DNA of 64,000 bases from a virus (taxonomy: Duplodnaviria > Caudoviricetes): IMG/VR virus record IMGVR_UViG_3300014031_000001, positions 54,653-118,652 of that record. One strand, 5' to 3'. Below, one piece after another: positions 35,404 to 44,454 of the stretch. The translations under genes were made by a program, and so were the position numbers. A model generated the notes under the pieces. The model was not told the DNA's origin. It searched no databases and saw only the letters and a list, made by a program, of their open reading frames with translations. Position 1 is the stretch's first letter, and each line of letters starts with the position of its first letter.

Positions 35404-38400
35404 TCAATATTTTCCGTCCTTGCCCTGTCCGAAGGTGGCTCCGTGTGCGAAGGCAGGGATCGGGTGCGTTCCGGCAAGGTCAGTTTTCCAGCCTTGTGCC
35501 GCGCCCTCGGTGATCGCCTTCGACAGGTTCTGGAAGCCCAAAGCCGCCATCCAGTTTTGCCGCATGAGCGGCACCGAGCCCATGCCCTTCATCAAGGGGG
35601 CATGCTTCAGCGGCTCGCGCCGGACCGAGATCTCTGCGTGTCCGTGCGATTTTAGAACTTTTGCGTCGCGCGCGTCCACCACGTGGCCCTTCTTCAAGTC
35701 CTCATAGTCGGCGTCGAGCTCGTAGCCGATGGCGTCTTCCGGCTTGGCCGTGAAGCCGAGGTTGGCGTTGTAGTGGTTGGCGACCGTGTAGCCGATGACG
35801 TCGCCCGGCAGGTGCGGGCTGTCCTTGGGGCTGTTGAGCACCTGGGTGAAGTTGCCGAGGCTGCGGACGACCGTCTCGAACATCTTGCGCTCGATGCGGA
35901 TGCCCTGGTCCTTGTAGGTCTTGTGGAGCTCGTCGACCAGGTACTCCTGGGCCGGGCGCATGCCCTTGAGCTTCACGAGGTCTTGGGGCTTCACGGCGCC
36001 GTCGGAAAGGACGTCGCCCTTGGTCACCTCGTCGCCGACCTTGACGGTGAGCTTGCGGCCGACGGGTACGTAGATTTTGTGGCTGCCGACGAAGACGTTG
36101 TGGCCGCCGCCGATGCCCTTATCGATGCGCTCCACCTTGCCGCCGACGGGCGTCAGGGGGGCGGCCCCTGGCAGGTCACCCGGCATCTTCAGAAGCTGGC
36201 CGATGCGCGCGTAGCCGCCAACGTCGGTGCCGGTGCCCGCAGCGCCCCCCGTGTGGAAGGTGCGCATGATCATCTGGACGAGCGGCTCCGAGATGGTCTG
36301 GCTCGCCTTGGCGCCAATGTTATCCCCGATGGCAGGCGCACCCCCGTGCTCATCGTGTCCAAAGCACTTGGCGCAAGTTCCTCGGGGCTGAAGGCATGTG
36401 AGAGGGGAGCGAACCTCGATTTTAGAAACGCCCCTCTTTTGAAGCGCACTGACCAGCTGCTGGTCGACAGGGGTATTACGCGCGACGCCGTCTTGATCGT
36501 GGGCCAGGTAGCGCCCCACTGCATCAGGACTGGAAATGCCGAGGGTAATACCCGCTTTAACGCCACAGTCCACCGCCGTGATGACGTTGTCTAGCGTGGT
36601 GGCCGAAATCGATTTCGAGAAGGCCCCGGGCTCACTTGTTTGGATGGCTCTGTCCATCATACCACGGCGCGCACCGTACATACTTGTCCAGTAGTCGCCG
36701 ATATTTAGCCCTTCTGAATAGGACTTTTTGATGGCGCGCGGGACGATCTTGCCGCGTGCGTCGGAGACGAAAAGCGGGGTCGCCATGATCTGGCGCAGCT
36801 GGGTCGGCTCGCCGCGGCCGCCGCCTTCGACCATGTCGAAAAGCGAGTTGCCCGTGCCGCGAAGCTTCGTCGCGAGCATGCGGTCCAAAAGCCCGACGGC
36901 GTCCTTGTTGATCTTGGTGAGGTCGGCCTCGGTCTTGGCCTTGGCGAGCTCCTTGTCGACGTGCGTCGTGATGAGGTCGCGGCTTTTGCTAAAGTCGTGC
37001 AAGTCGTCGAGCCCGAGCGAAAAGCCCTTCTCGTAGGAGTGCGTCTCGCCGGCGCTCTTGAGGGCCTGGAGGACTTTGGCGAAGTCGCCTGACGGCAGCT
37101 CTTTGGCCATACGGTTAAGCATGGCAGCCGTACCTTTTTTGTCGAGGACGGCGGTGACCTTGTACTTTTCGCCGACGATAGCGTCGAGCTTGGCGCGCCC
37201 TGCGGGGGTCTGCGACAGGTAGAAGATCCCCGTCTGCGCTTCCCAGGCGGGCGCCATCATCAGAGCGCCGCTGCCAGGCTGGAAGAGGTTGCGCGACGGC
37301 AGCATGCCCTCGGCTTCCTTGTTGGCCTCGTTGCTGATCGGCACGTGCACCGTCATGGTGTTATGCGTCAACAGTCCGTTCTGGATGCAGAAGATCTCGC
37401 CATCCGGCACGGTGAAGTCGAACATTACCTCGTGCCGTGGAACTTCAGTGATCGACGTCACCTCCTCCCAGAGCAGATCTTCGTTCAGGACGAGCTGAGC
37501 CCACTTCTCGAAAAGTCCTGAAGCCAACATGCCGTACGTGTGGAGAATATCTTTAGCGATGTGTCTCGAGATGAAGTGCGTTTTTTTCTTGAAGTGGTCA
37601 TGTAGATTGACTCTGCGTCCAGGAACCGCCTCTCGCCAGGCTGCAATCTTCGCGCGCAGCTCCTTGTTCGGGACCCGGAGCTCCTTCCCGATTTCTGCTA
37701 TTTCGTCAAACAGCGCAGCGCTGAAAGGAACGATGTCGTAGAGATTTTTACGTCGGCGCCCCGCTTTGACTTCGCAGGCTGTCTTCAGAAGCTCGGATTT
37801 ACGCCCCTCTTTCAGGGCCAGTCTGTGCATATCGTCTTTGACAACGCGCACTATTGCGAAGTCGCGGCAGCCCTTGTGCTCGCTGTCGCGGATATAGGCG
37901 CCTATCCCGACGCTAGCCATGATGAAGCGAAGCGCCTCAAGAAAGGGGCGGTTCTTCATCTCAATGCGGGCGAGCCAGTTGCCGAGCGCATCCTTGCCGA
38001 TGCTGCCTTCTGCCTGAAAGAGGCCCTGCACATAGGCAAGCCGTACGCTGTCGGGGCTTGAGACGATGCAGTCGGGAACTCGCTTGTCCTCGCACCGTGC
38101 CCCGCACTCGTCTGCGAACCAGGCAGCGATCGTTTTGTTGTAGATGCGGGCAATACAGCCGGCATGCTTGGCCGTGCTCTGTCGTTTTGTGTCCGAGTTG
38201 AAGACTGCCTTGATTGTCCGACAGCTCCGGTCGAGGAGGGCGCGCTCGGTATCGCAGATAGTGACGGTGTTGTCTGCGCTACACCCATCGCCAGCATAGT
38301 GGCCCAGGAGCCAAGCGAAATCTTCATCTACGACGTGCGACTTTTCCCCGATTTTTACGCTCTGTATGTCCTGCCCGAGCCTCGGCCGTGCTTTTGGGAG

Positions 38401-41400
38401 CAAGACCCCCGCGGGCATAACTTCTGTTTTGACGCACTGAAGGTTGAACTTCTCGTCGATGTAGCTGAAGTTGTGGTGCTCGGTAGCGACGACGCGCGTG
38501 CCGGTGTGCGTCTCGAGCTGGTAGCACGGCCCGTGCGATGTATGCACGGTAAGTCTGCGCACGTCGGCCCAGATGGGGGTGCTGTTGACCATAGAGATCG
38601 TCTGCAGGCGGCCTGGCGAGAGTTCGTAAATAGCTGTGTAGCCCCCGGCGTCTGCCACCATGTCCTCCACGCTCTTGCCGACAAGGAGGGGGAATAGCTC
38701 CCCCGCGCGGAGACTTAGGTACACCCACTGTCCGTCGTCTGTCAACAGGCGAGTGTGGCACAACGTGCTGATATCGCAGCTGTCTCCATTGAAGTCAGCG
38801 TTGAAGCCTTTGATTACCAACGGCGGAATCTTCAGCGCACGCCCCGTCGTGATCTTCGGCTTGAACGCCATGATCGAAAACTTGTGGAGCGACGGCGCGC
38901 GGTTTAGAAGGACGTGGCGGTCTTTCATGACGCGGTCAAGCGCCGTGCGTGCGAGCTTCGTGCGCCCCTTCACCTCTTCGGTGGCGGCCAGCGGGCTTTT
39001 GCCGTGGCCCTTCAGCTCGCGGATGACGAACGGCTCGAAGAGCTTCCAGGCCATCTCTTCGGGCATCGCCATCTCGTCGATGCCAAGGTCAGGCTCGGGG
39101 ATGATCGTGCCGCGGCCGACAAGATCCTGCTTTTTGGAGAGCAGCTTCGAGATGAAGTAGCCCTCTTTCGGCTGCCCACCGTCGGCGCCGCCCTTGATGG
39201 CGGCGATGAAGCCGTCACGCGTGCGACCCTTGACGTTGAGGTTCGTGAGCCCCGAGACGGCCGACACGTGGTCGTAGAGCTCCTTGCGGATGTCGGCCTT
39301 CTCGGTCTCCGGCAAGAGCTTGGCGCCCGGCAGCTGGGCCACGTAGTTGACGACGCCCGTGTTGTGGTAGAGGACGTTGATGTCGCTCGTCGTGACGTTG
39401 CCGTCGGGCAGCGGGTAGAGCGGGCGAAACTGCGGCGGGATCACCGGCAGCTTCCTGCGGATGTAGGCGTCTTCCGGGCGCAGGTTGAGCCGCACCAGGT
39501 TCTTTAGGATCTTCAACTTCTTGTTGATGTCGTCGAGCTTGTCGGCGCGCACCGTCTTGGCTTTTTCCTCGAGACGCGTGATGGCGCCCGCGACGTCGAC
39601 GCCCTTCAGGATCGACTCGATCGCCTCGCCCGAGGTGAGGCCCACGCCCGTCTCGTTGAAGGTCTTGGTCTTGGGGTCCAAGAAGAGCTTGCCCGCCATG
39701 ATCTTGTCGTAGCGGCTGCCGAGGTCGGTGATCTTCTTGACGGCGTCTTCGAAGACGGGGTTCACGACGGCGTGCGCCAGGTCCAGGTGGGACCACTTGT
39801 CGCCCTGGAAGCCGCCGAGCTTTTGGTGATCGAAGAAGCCACCCTTGACCGGCACGAAGTCTTTGGCGCGGAAAAACTGCGGGTCCTTGATCGCCATGAC
39901 CGAGATCTTCTCGACGTGCTTATCAGTGAGCGGCCCGAGCGTCAGCTCCGTGCCGTTCTTCTCGACGTCGACGCCCGCAGCCTTCAGGTAGTTCAGAAAC
40001 TTGGTGTAGGCGAACGTCTGGCGCGGCGCCGGCACCGGGTCGCCGACCTTGAGGGCCCGCCAGAACTCCTCGTTCTGGTCGCTCTTGTAGGTGGCCATCT
40101 CGCGCAGGTTGTGGCGCGCGCCGTGGGCCAGCATGGCGTTCATCGTGAGCACGTCGAGGGCCTTGGCCCCCTCGGCGCCGCCGGCCTTCAGCGGCTGGTG
40201 GTTGCCGTCGTAGGGGTGGCCGCTGCCGCCCTGGCGCACCGAGTAGTTGTGGGTGCCCTGCTTGTAGAGCTTCAGGATGTAGGGGTTGCCGACGTGGACC
40301 TTGCCGAGGCTCTTGCCCGTCGCGGCGTCGAAGAGCTCCTCTTTGTCGAGAACCCCCGACTTCTTGAGCTTCTGGCGCGTCGTGTCGAGGTAGTTCTCGC
40401 CTGAGAAGTTGTCGACGACGTGGGGCTTGCCGTCCTTCAGCGCGGCCTTGCCGGCGGCCGACTCGTAGATCTGGCCGATGTTGATCCGGCTGATGACGCC
40501 GTGGGGGTTCAGCAACATATGGACGGGGTTGCCCGCCTTGTCCTTCGGCGCCTCGCTGTCGGGGATGATCTTGGTGATGATCCCCTTGTTGCCGTTGCGG
40601 CCCGCGATCTTGTCGCCGATGCGCGCGCGTTCTTCGGTCTTCACGTAGACCAGGATCTTGTCTTTGCGCTTTTGGACGTCCATGACGTAGCCGGTGTCTT
40701 CGTAGTGCCAGTAGACGGAGACGTCGCGGGGCCTTTCCGACAGGGCCTTGTTGATGACGGCGATGACCTGGCTTGGCGGGCGCTGCTTGAGCGCCGCGAC
40801 GAGGATCGTGCCCTGCGTGACCTTCGAGCCCTTCTTGATGACGCCGTCTTCGTCCAAAAGCTGGGCGTTCGCCGGGGTCAGCTGGCTCGGGTAGGTGGCG
40901 CGAAACTTCGCCAGGTTGAGCTGGATCGTGACGTCGCGGTCGATCGCTTCCTTGTGGACGTGCTCGCTTGTGAGCTGGTCGGCCCCCGAGTTGGTGATGA
41001 CGACGCCGTCTTCGAAGTTGAGGCCCTTGTAGGGCAGGTAGGCGACGCGCATGTTGGTGCCGAGCGCGAGCGTGCCGTTTTTGCTGAAGTTGCTATCGGC
41101 GAGCAGGTCGCCCTTGGCCACCTTGTCGCCGACTTTGACCTTCACCTCGTGGTTGAGAAAACTTTTCCGGTTGAGCGTGAAGTTGTTGTATAGGTTCACC
41201 TGCTTGTCGCCTGACGGTGTCGCCAGCACGAGAAAGTCGGGGGTCACCTTTTTTACCGTGCCGCTGTCGGGCGCCATCGCCGCGACCGAGCCGCCGATCA
41301 CCTCCTCCATCGAAGCCCCGGGGGTCGCGCCGACTTGGACGAGAGGCGCCTCGCGATGCTTCAGGCTGATCGCCTGCTCCATCTGCTTGGCGGCCATCAT

Positions 41401-42858
41401 CGCCCGGTTGCCCTGGTTGGAGGCGAGAAAGGGGATGAGGTTGGTCGACCACGAGAAGAGCGCCGACGGCGCCGGTGTGAAAAAATCCACGTCCTTGCGC
41501 TTCACCCGGATCGTCTCGCCGCGGTGCATGGCGTCGATGACGTCGCCCTTTTGCCCAGGCAGCGCGACCTTCTTGTCCCAGGCGGCCCGCGCCGTCAGGA
41601 AGTGGTCTTTGCCGTCTTGGTCCTTCACCGCCATCTTCAGGTCTTTGCCGTCCTTGCGGACACCGATCGGCAGGTGCAGGTTGGCACCTATCTTTTTGCT
41701 TTCGGGAGTATGGATCGGATCAAGAAGACCATAGTGCGTCGGATGAATCTGACGCATCTCCGGCGTAATCGCGTGCTCAGAGCCAATGCCGCCGGCGCCC
41801 ATGATGGTCGTAGCGTAGGCACCAGTAAGCATCTCAAGAGGGTTGGTCTGCTCTGGTGTTGCCGACTTGTCGTCTTGGGTGAAAAAACTCTCGACGGTGG
41901 AGCTAAAAGACCCAGGGTTAAGAATCTGCGAAATCTTCGTTCGCTTGGGGTTGTTGAGGCCCCGCTGGATCTTATAGCCGAGAGACCGAGTATTTTTTTC
42001 AAGGCGTTCCCCGATAAAATCTTCCACCGAGTGGATGTCCTTGAACATCAAGGAATCGCGGTCCACGGGCTCTTTTTTACCCATGTGGACGTCGTGAAGA
42101 TTTTTCGAGGCGGCAAGCAGCATCGGCCCGTCGACCTTGTCGAAGGCCTTGCCGAGCACAAGCTCGGTCGTCTCTTCGCCGAGCTTCGTCTGCGAGAGGT
42201 AGTCTTTCAGCTGGCTGCCGGGCTTGACGCCAAAAGCTGCCGCGGCCTTGGCGATAGCGCGCGGGTCGTTGCTGCGGTTGGCGGCCTCGATGTCGGTGCC
42301 CCAGGTACGCGCGATAAGCCCGGGGCTGACGCCCAGGTAGGTGAGCACCGGGTAGAGCGGCACCTTGCCGGTGCCGCCGGCGATGTTGGTCATGTAGAAG
42401 ATGCCGGACTCTTCAGCGAACGTCAGGTCGAAGTTCTTGCCCTTCGCCAGGTTCACCTGGGTCTTGAGCTGGCCGTTCTGACGGCGCAGCGTGTAGACGC
42501 CGGGCTTAAGCCGCAGCTGATTGTGGACCTGGTACTCGTTGCCCTTGACGATGTAGCTCATGCGCGCCGTCAGTTTCGGTAGCGTGAAAAGCCGCACCTT
42601 CGTCGCGCGGTCCAGCACCGTGCTCGTGGCGTTGTCTTTTAAAGTGACGCTCGCGTAGACGTTGACGCCCCAGGTGCCCTCGTCATTTTTCGTCTTCGCC
42701 TGGTCGACGTAGTCGTGCGCGCTCGACGTGTCCTCGATAGTGACGCCGTCAAGGCTCAGCGTGCGCGTGCGGCCGACAACAGGGAAGACGCGGCCAATGG
42801 CCAGCGTCGCGGCCTTCTTGATGTCTTCGAACTGCTGGTCGATTCCGAAATTTCGCAT
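35404..42858 (-). CDS. DNA-directed RNA polymerase, fused beta-beta' single polypeptide, with intein
   Basis: Beta motifs: HTPESKKIG, NRAMMAAKQMEQA, GDKIAGRNGNKG, LNPHGVISRINIGQ. Beta' motifs in the same ORF: LPVIPPQFRP, LLNRAPSLH, NADFNGD|TM, bridge helix ARRGMMDRAIQTSEPG, trigger loop EPLVQMIMRTFHTGG. Confidence 0.95.
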   Translation of the reverse strand: MRNFGIDQQFEDIKKAATLAIGRVFPVVGRTRTLSLDGVTIEDTSSAHDYVDQAKTKNDEGTWGVNVYASVTLKDNATSTVLDRATKVRLFTLPKLTARMSYIVKGNEYQVHNQLRLKPGVYTLRRQNGQLKTQVNLAKGKNFDLTFAEESGIFYMTNIAGGTGKVPLYPVLTYLGVSPGLIARTWGTDIEAANRSNDPRAIAKAAAAFGVKPGSQLKDYLSQTKLGEETTELVLGKAFDKVDGPMLLAASKNLHDVHMGKKEPVDRDSLMFKDIHSVEDFIGERLEKNTRSLGYKIQRGLNNPKRTKISQILNPGSFSSTVESFFTQDDKSATPEQTNPLEMLTGAYATTIMGAGGIGSEHAITPEMRQIHPTHYGLLDPIHTPESKKIGANLHLPIGVRKDGKDLKMAVKDQDGKDHFLTARAAWDKKVALPGQKGDVIDAMHRGETIRVKRKDVDFFTPAPSALFSWSTNLIPFLASNQGNRAMMAAKQMEQAISLKHREAPLVQVGATPGASMEEVIGGSVAAMAPDSGTVKKVTPDFLVLATPSGDKQVNLYNNFTLNRKSFLNHEVKVKVGDKVAKGDLLADSNFSKNGTLALGTNMRVAYLPYKGLNFEDGVVITNSGADQLTSEHVHKEAIDRDVTIQLNLAKFRATYPSQLTPANAQLLDEDGVIKKGSKVTQGTILVAALKQRPPSQVIAVINKALSERPRDVSVYWHYEDTGYVMDVQKRKDKILVYVKTEERARIGDKIAGRNGNKGIITKIIPDSEAPKDKAGNPVHMLLNPHGVISRINIGQIYESAAGKAALKDGKPHVVDNFSGENYLDTTRQKLKKSGVLDKEELFDAATGKSLGKVHVGNPYILKLYKQGTHNYSVRQGGSGHPYDGNHQPLKAGGAEGAKALDVLTMNAMLAHGARHNLREMATYKSDQNEEFWRALKVGDPVPAPRQTFAYTKFLNYLKAAGVDVEKNGTELTLGPLTDKHVEKISVMAIKDPQFFRAKDFVPVKGGFFDHQKLGGFQGDKWSHLDLAHAVVNPVFEDAVKKITDLGSRYDKIMAGKLFLDPKTKTFNETGVGLTSGEAIESILKGVDVAGAITRLEEKAKTVRADKLDDINKKLKILKNLVRLNLRPEDAYIRRKLPVIPPQFRPLYPLPDGNVTTSDINVLYHNTGVVNYVAQLPGAKLLPETEKADIRKELYDHVSAVSGLTNLNVKGRTRDGFIAAIKGGADGGQPKEGYFISKLLSKKQDLVGRGTIIPEPDLGIDEMAMPEEMAWKLFEPFVIRELKGHGKSPLAATEEVKGRTKLARTALDRVMKDRHVLLNRAPSLHKFSIMAFKPKITTGRALKIPPLVIKGFNADFNGDSCDISTLCHTRLLTDDGQWVYLSLRAGELFPLLVGKSVEDMVADAGGYTAIYELSPGRLQTISMVNSTPIWADVRRLTVHTSHGPCYQLETHTGTRVVATEHHNFSYIDEKFNLQCVKTEVMPAGVLLPKARPRLGQDIQSVKIGEKSHVVDEDFAWLLGHYAGDGCSADNTVTICDTERALLDRSCRTIKAVFNSDTKRQSTAKHAGCIARIYNKTIAAWFADECGARCEDKRVPDCIVSSPDSVRLAYVQGLFQAEGSIGKDALGNWLARIEMKNRPFLEALRFIMASVGIGAYIRDSEHKGCRDFAIVRVVKDDMHRLALKEGRKSELLKTACEVKAGRRRKNLYDIVPFSAALFDEIAEIGKELRVPNKELRAKIAAWREAVPGRRVNLHDHFKKKTHFISRHIAKDILHTYGMLASGLFEKWAQLVLNEDLLWEEVTSITEVPRHEVMFDFTVPDGEIFCIQNGLLTHNTMTVHVPISNEANKEAEGMLPSRNLFQPGSGALMMAPAWEAQTGIFYLSQTPAGRAKLDAIVGEKYKVTAVLDKKGTAAMLNRMAKELPSGDFAKVLQALKSAGETHSYEKGFSLGLDDLHDFSKSRDLITTHVDKELAKAKTEADLTKINKDAVGLLDRMLATKLRGTGNSLFDMVEGGGRGEPTQLRQIMATPLFVSDARGKIVPRAIKKSYSEGLNIGDYWTSMYGARRGMMDRAIQTSEPGAFSKSISATTLDNVITAVDCGVKAGITLGISSPDAVGRYLAHDQDGVARNTPVDQQLVSALQKRGVSKIEVRSPLTCLQPRGTCAKCFGHDEHGGAPAIGDNIGAKASQTISEPLVQMIMRTFHTGGAAGTGTDVGGYARIGQLLKMPGDLPGAAPLTPVGGKVERIDKGIGGGHNVFVGSHKIYVPVGRKLTVKVGDEVTKGDVLSDGAVKPQDLVKLKGMRPAQEYLVDELHKTYKDQGIRIERKMFETVVRSLGNFTQVLNSPKDSPHLPGDVIGYTVANHYNANLGFTAKPEDAIGYELDADYEDLKKGHVVDARDAKVLKSHGHAEISVRREPLKHAPLMKGMGSVPLMRQNWMAALGFQNLSKAITEGAAQGWKTDLAGTHPIPAFAHGATFGQGKDGKY
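37360..38781 (-). mobile_element. Intein (474 aa) with LAGLIDADG endonuclease inserted directly after the RNAP catalytic motif
   Basis: Starts SCDISTLC (Ser1), TEHHNF block B, LLGHYAGDG and VQGLFQAEG, ends LLTHN, +1 Thr. Removal restores NADFNGD-TMTVHVP. Confidence 0.92.
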
Positions 42859-42864
42859 ACGCCG

Positions 42865-42872
42865 GGTATAAG
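42865..42872 (+). promoter_or_regulatory. GGTATAAG motif abutting the divergent RNAP start codon
   Basis: About 40 nt upstream of small ORF 42914. Confidence 0.65.
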
Positions 42873-42913
42873 CCTTGTGAGTAAGAACGCTAAACGTTCA
42901 CCGAGGAGGCTGC

Positions 42914-43069
42914 GTGATCGAACTAGAGGAAATCGCTTTGAAAATCATACTAACGCCTAACGACATTGTAGCACAACGAAAACCAGGGCTTGAGCAGGGA
43001 GGCGACGATCGTGGAGCAGCAAAACCAGGTGCCACCAAGCCGCGCGCAAAGTGCCGTCCAAGTCCGTAA
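42914..43069 (+). CDS. Small hypothetical protein (51 aa)
   Basis: GTG with strong RBS gaggagg; below the ORF-track length cutoff. Confidence 0.4.
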   Translation: MIELEEIALKIILTPNDIVAQRKPGLEQGGDDRGAAKPGATKPRAKCRPSP

Positions 43070-43364
43070 AATGGGGGCGCTGGCACAGGTATTTGGACAG
43101 TTTTGGACGGCGGCCTTTTGGCGCGAGTTCGTTGCCAAGATCGTGCAGACCCTGGTCGAAGCGTCGCTCATTGCGTTCGGTGAGGGGATCGTCGAGTACG
43201 TGCGCGTGAAGCGCGGCGTGACGGCGCCACGCTCAGTGGCAGGCGTTGCGGCATCGGCCTTCCACGGCGGGCCACCGCCCGGACCGTCCTACGGCAGCAA
43301 CTATGCGCCCGCGCACAACAGCTTTTCTACTGACCGCACGGCCTTTGGCTTTCCGTCGCGATGA
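43011..43364 (+). CDS. Hypothetical protein with amphipathic helices
   Basis: GTG with RBS gggagg; stop overlaps the next ATG. Confidence 0.55.
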   Translation: MEQQNQVPPSRAQSAVQVRKMGALAQVFGQFWTAAFWREFVAKIVQTLVEASLIAFGEGIVEYVRVKRGVTAPRSVAGVAASAFHGGPPPGPSYGSNYAPAHNSFSTDRTAFGFPSR

Positions 43365-43693
43365 CGGAGCTGGACAGCTATATCGCTTGTCCCAAGTTCG
43401 GGGGCTATAGGACGGCCCCCGCTTGCATCGTTCTCGACCGCTACCGCATCTGCCGTCGCAAGTGCACGAGCCTTGAGCGGTATCTTAAAGATCACCCCGA
43501 AGGGGCAAAGGAGGCGGAAGACGCCGCGAAGCACAAGAGCCCCGCACTGATAAAGGTGAGCCACCACGCCGGACAAAGTTTGCCGGACGCCGCGCTGCGC
43601 TGCAGCGTGTGCCTCTACCAGGCGCGAAGCGAGCGTGGCCTGAAGACGCATCTGACACGCAGTCACAAGAGAAAGACGATGCCCCGCATGTAG
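43361..43693 (+). CDS. Zinc-finger protein (N-terminal Cys cluster + C2H2 finger)
   Basis: 'CSVCLYQARSERGLKTHLTRSH'. Confidence 0.7.
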   Translation: MTELDSYIACPKFGGYRTAPACIVLDRYRICRRKCTSLERYLKDHPEGAKEAEDAAKHKSPALIKVSHHAGQSLPDAALRCSVCLYQARSERGLKTHLTRSHKRKTMPRM

Positions 43694-43714
43694 GCGGGGC
43701 ATCGTCTTTTTTTT
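43672..43714. terminator. Bidirectional intrinsic terminator
   Basis: aaagacgatgccccgc-atgtag-gcggggcatcgtcttt followed by a T tract. Confidence 0.8.
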
Positions 43715-43910
43715 AGCGCCCCATGGCCCGGCTAATAGACGCACTGATATTGCCGCCGAGGCTGCCGGTGTCGGCCGGCGCGGGCGGCGGCGGTGGGGGC
43801 GGAGCAGCCTTTGAGCCGCCACCGAAGGCGCCTGAGATGGCACTCGCTGCGGCCTGCTGGCCGCTGTCCCAGGCCCGCTTTTCAAAGCCTCTCCAAAACG
43901 GCGTCGTCAT
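43713..43910 (-). CDS. Small protein with FWxGFxKxA leader
   Basis: MTTPFWRGFEKRA; poly-Pro linker; ATGA overlap with the upstream gene. Confidence 0.7.
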   Translation of the reverse strand: MTTPFWRGFEKRAWDSGQQAAASAISGAFGGGSKAAPPPPPPPAPADTGSLGGNISASISRAMGR

Positions 43911-44266
43911 TCGAACCCCCTGCTCATCTGCGAGGGCGGCGGCGCGGCGTCTTGGCGCCCCGGCTCCTCGAGGCTGGTGATTTTATTGGCGCCGGCGGCC
44001 AGCGCGCCGGCGCCGAGCAGGCCGAAGCCGACGGCCTTTTTGGCACGAAAGCCGGGGCTCGCCGCCTCGTTGCGGTAGCGGTTGACCTGCTGCTTCACGC
44101 GCCCAAGCAATCCCGGGGCGTTGAAGGCGCCGGGGTTGCTGCGGCGTGCCGTAGCCAGCCGCTGCACGGCCGCGAGGCGGCGCAGGGGCGCGCGGATCCC
44201 CGCCATGACGTTGCCGGCGGCAAGCTTTTCGAGAAAGCCCTTCATAAAAGAGTCCGTTCTTCCCAT
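43907..44266 (-). CDS. Basic protein with FxxGFxxKxA leader and hydrophobic segment
   Basis: MGRTDSFMKGFLEKLAA...'AVGFGLLGAGALAAGA'. Confidence 0.65.
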   Translation of the reverse strand: MGRTDSFMKGFLEKLAAGNVMAGIRAPLRRLAAVQRLATARRSNPGAFNAPGLLGRVKQQVNRYRNEAASPGFRAKKAVGFGLLGAGALAAGANKITSLEEPGRQDAAPPPSQMSRGFE

Positions 44267-44454
44267 GTCACCACCAAGTAGATGAATTCCGTGGAGCCGA
44301 CGATCTGGCCTTCGTTGTAGTCGCGTTCGACTTTCTTTATCTGGCGCTCGGTGATGATCGTGCACAGCGGGTTGTTCAAGATCGCCTGGTAGTCGGCCAG
44401 GTTATTGTCGTCCAGCAGGTCGAAGCGCCCCACGTGGCGGCGGCTCTTGTACAT
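44242..44454 (-). CDS. Hypothetical small protein
   Basis: 70 aa, coupled to the portal stop codon. Confidence 0.6.
   Translation of the reverse strand: MYKSRRHVGRFDLLDDNNLADYQAILNNPLCTIITERQIKKVERDYNEGQIVGSTEFIYLVVTWEERTLL

Noticed and set aside
35404-42858. Host chromosomal rpoBC fusion
   Set aside because: The gene is highly reduced and divergent, has no ribosomal-protein neighbours and sits among virion genes.
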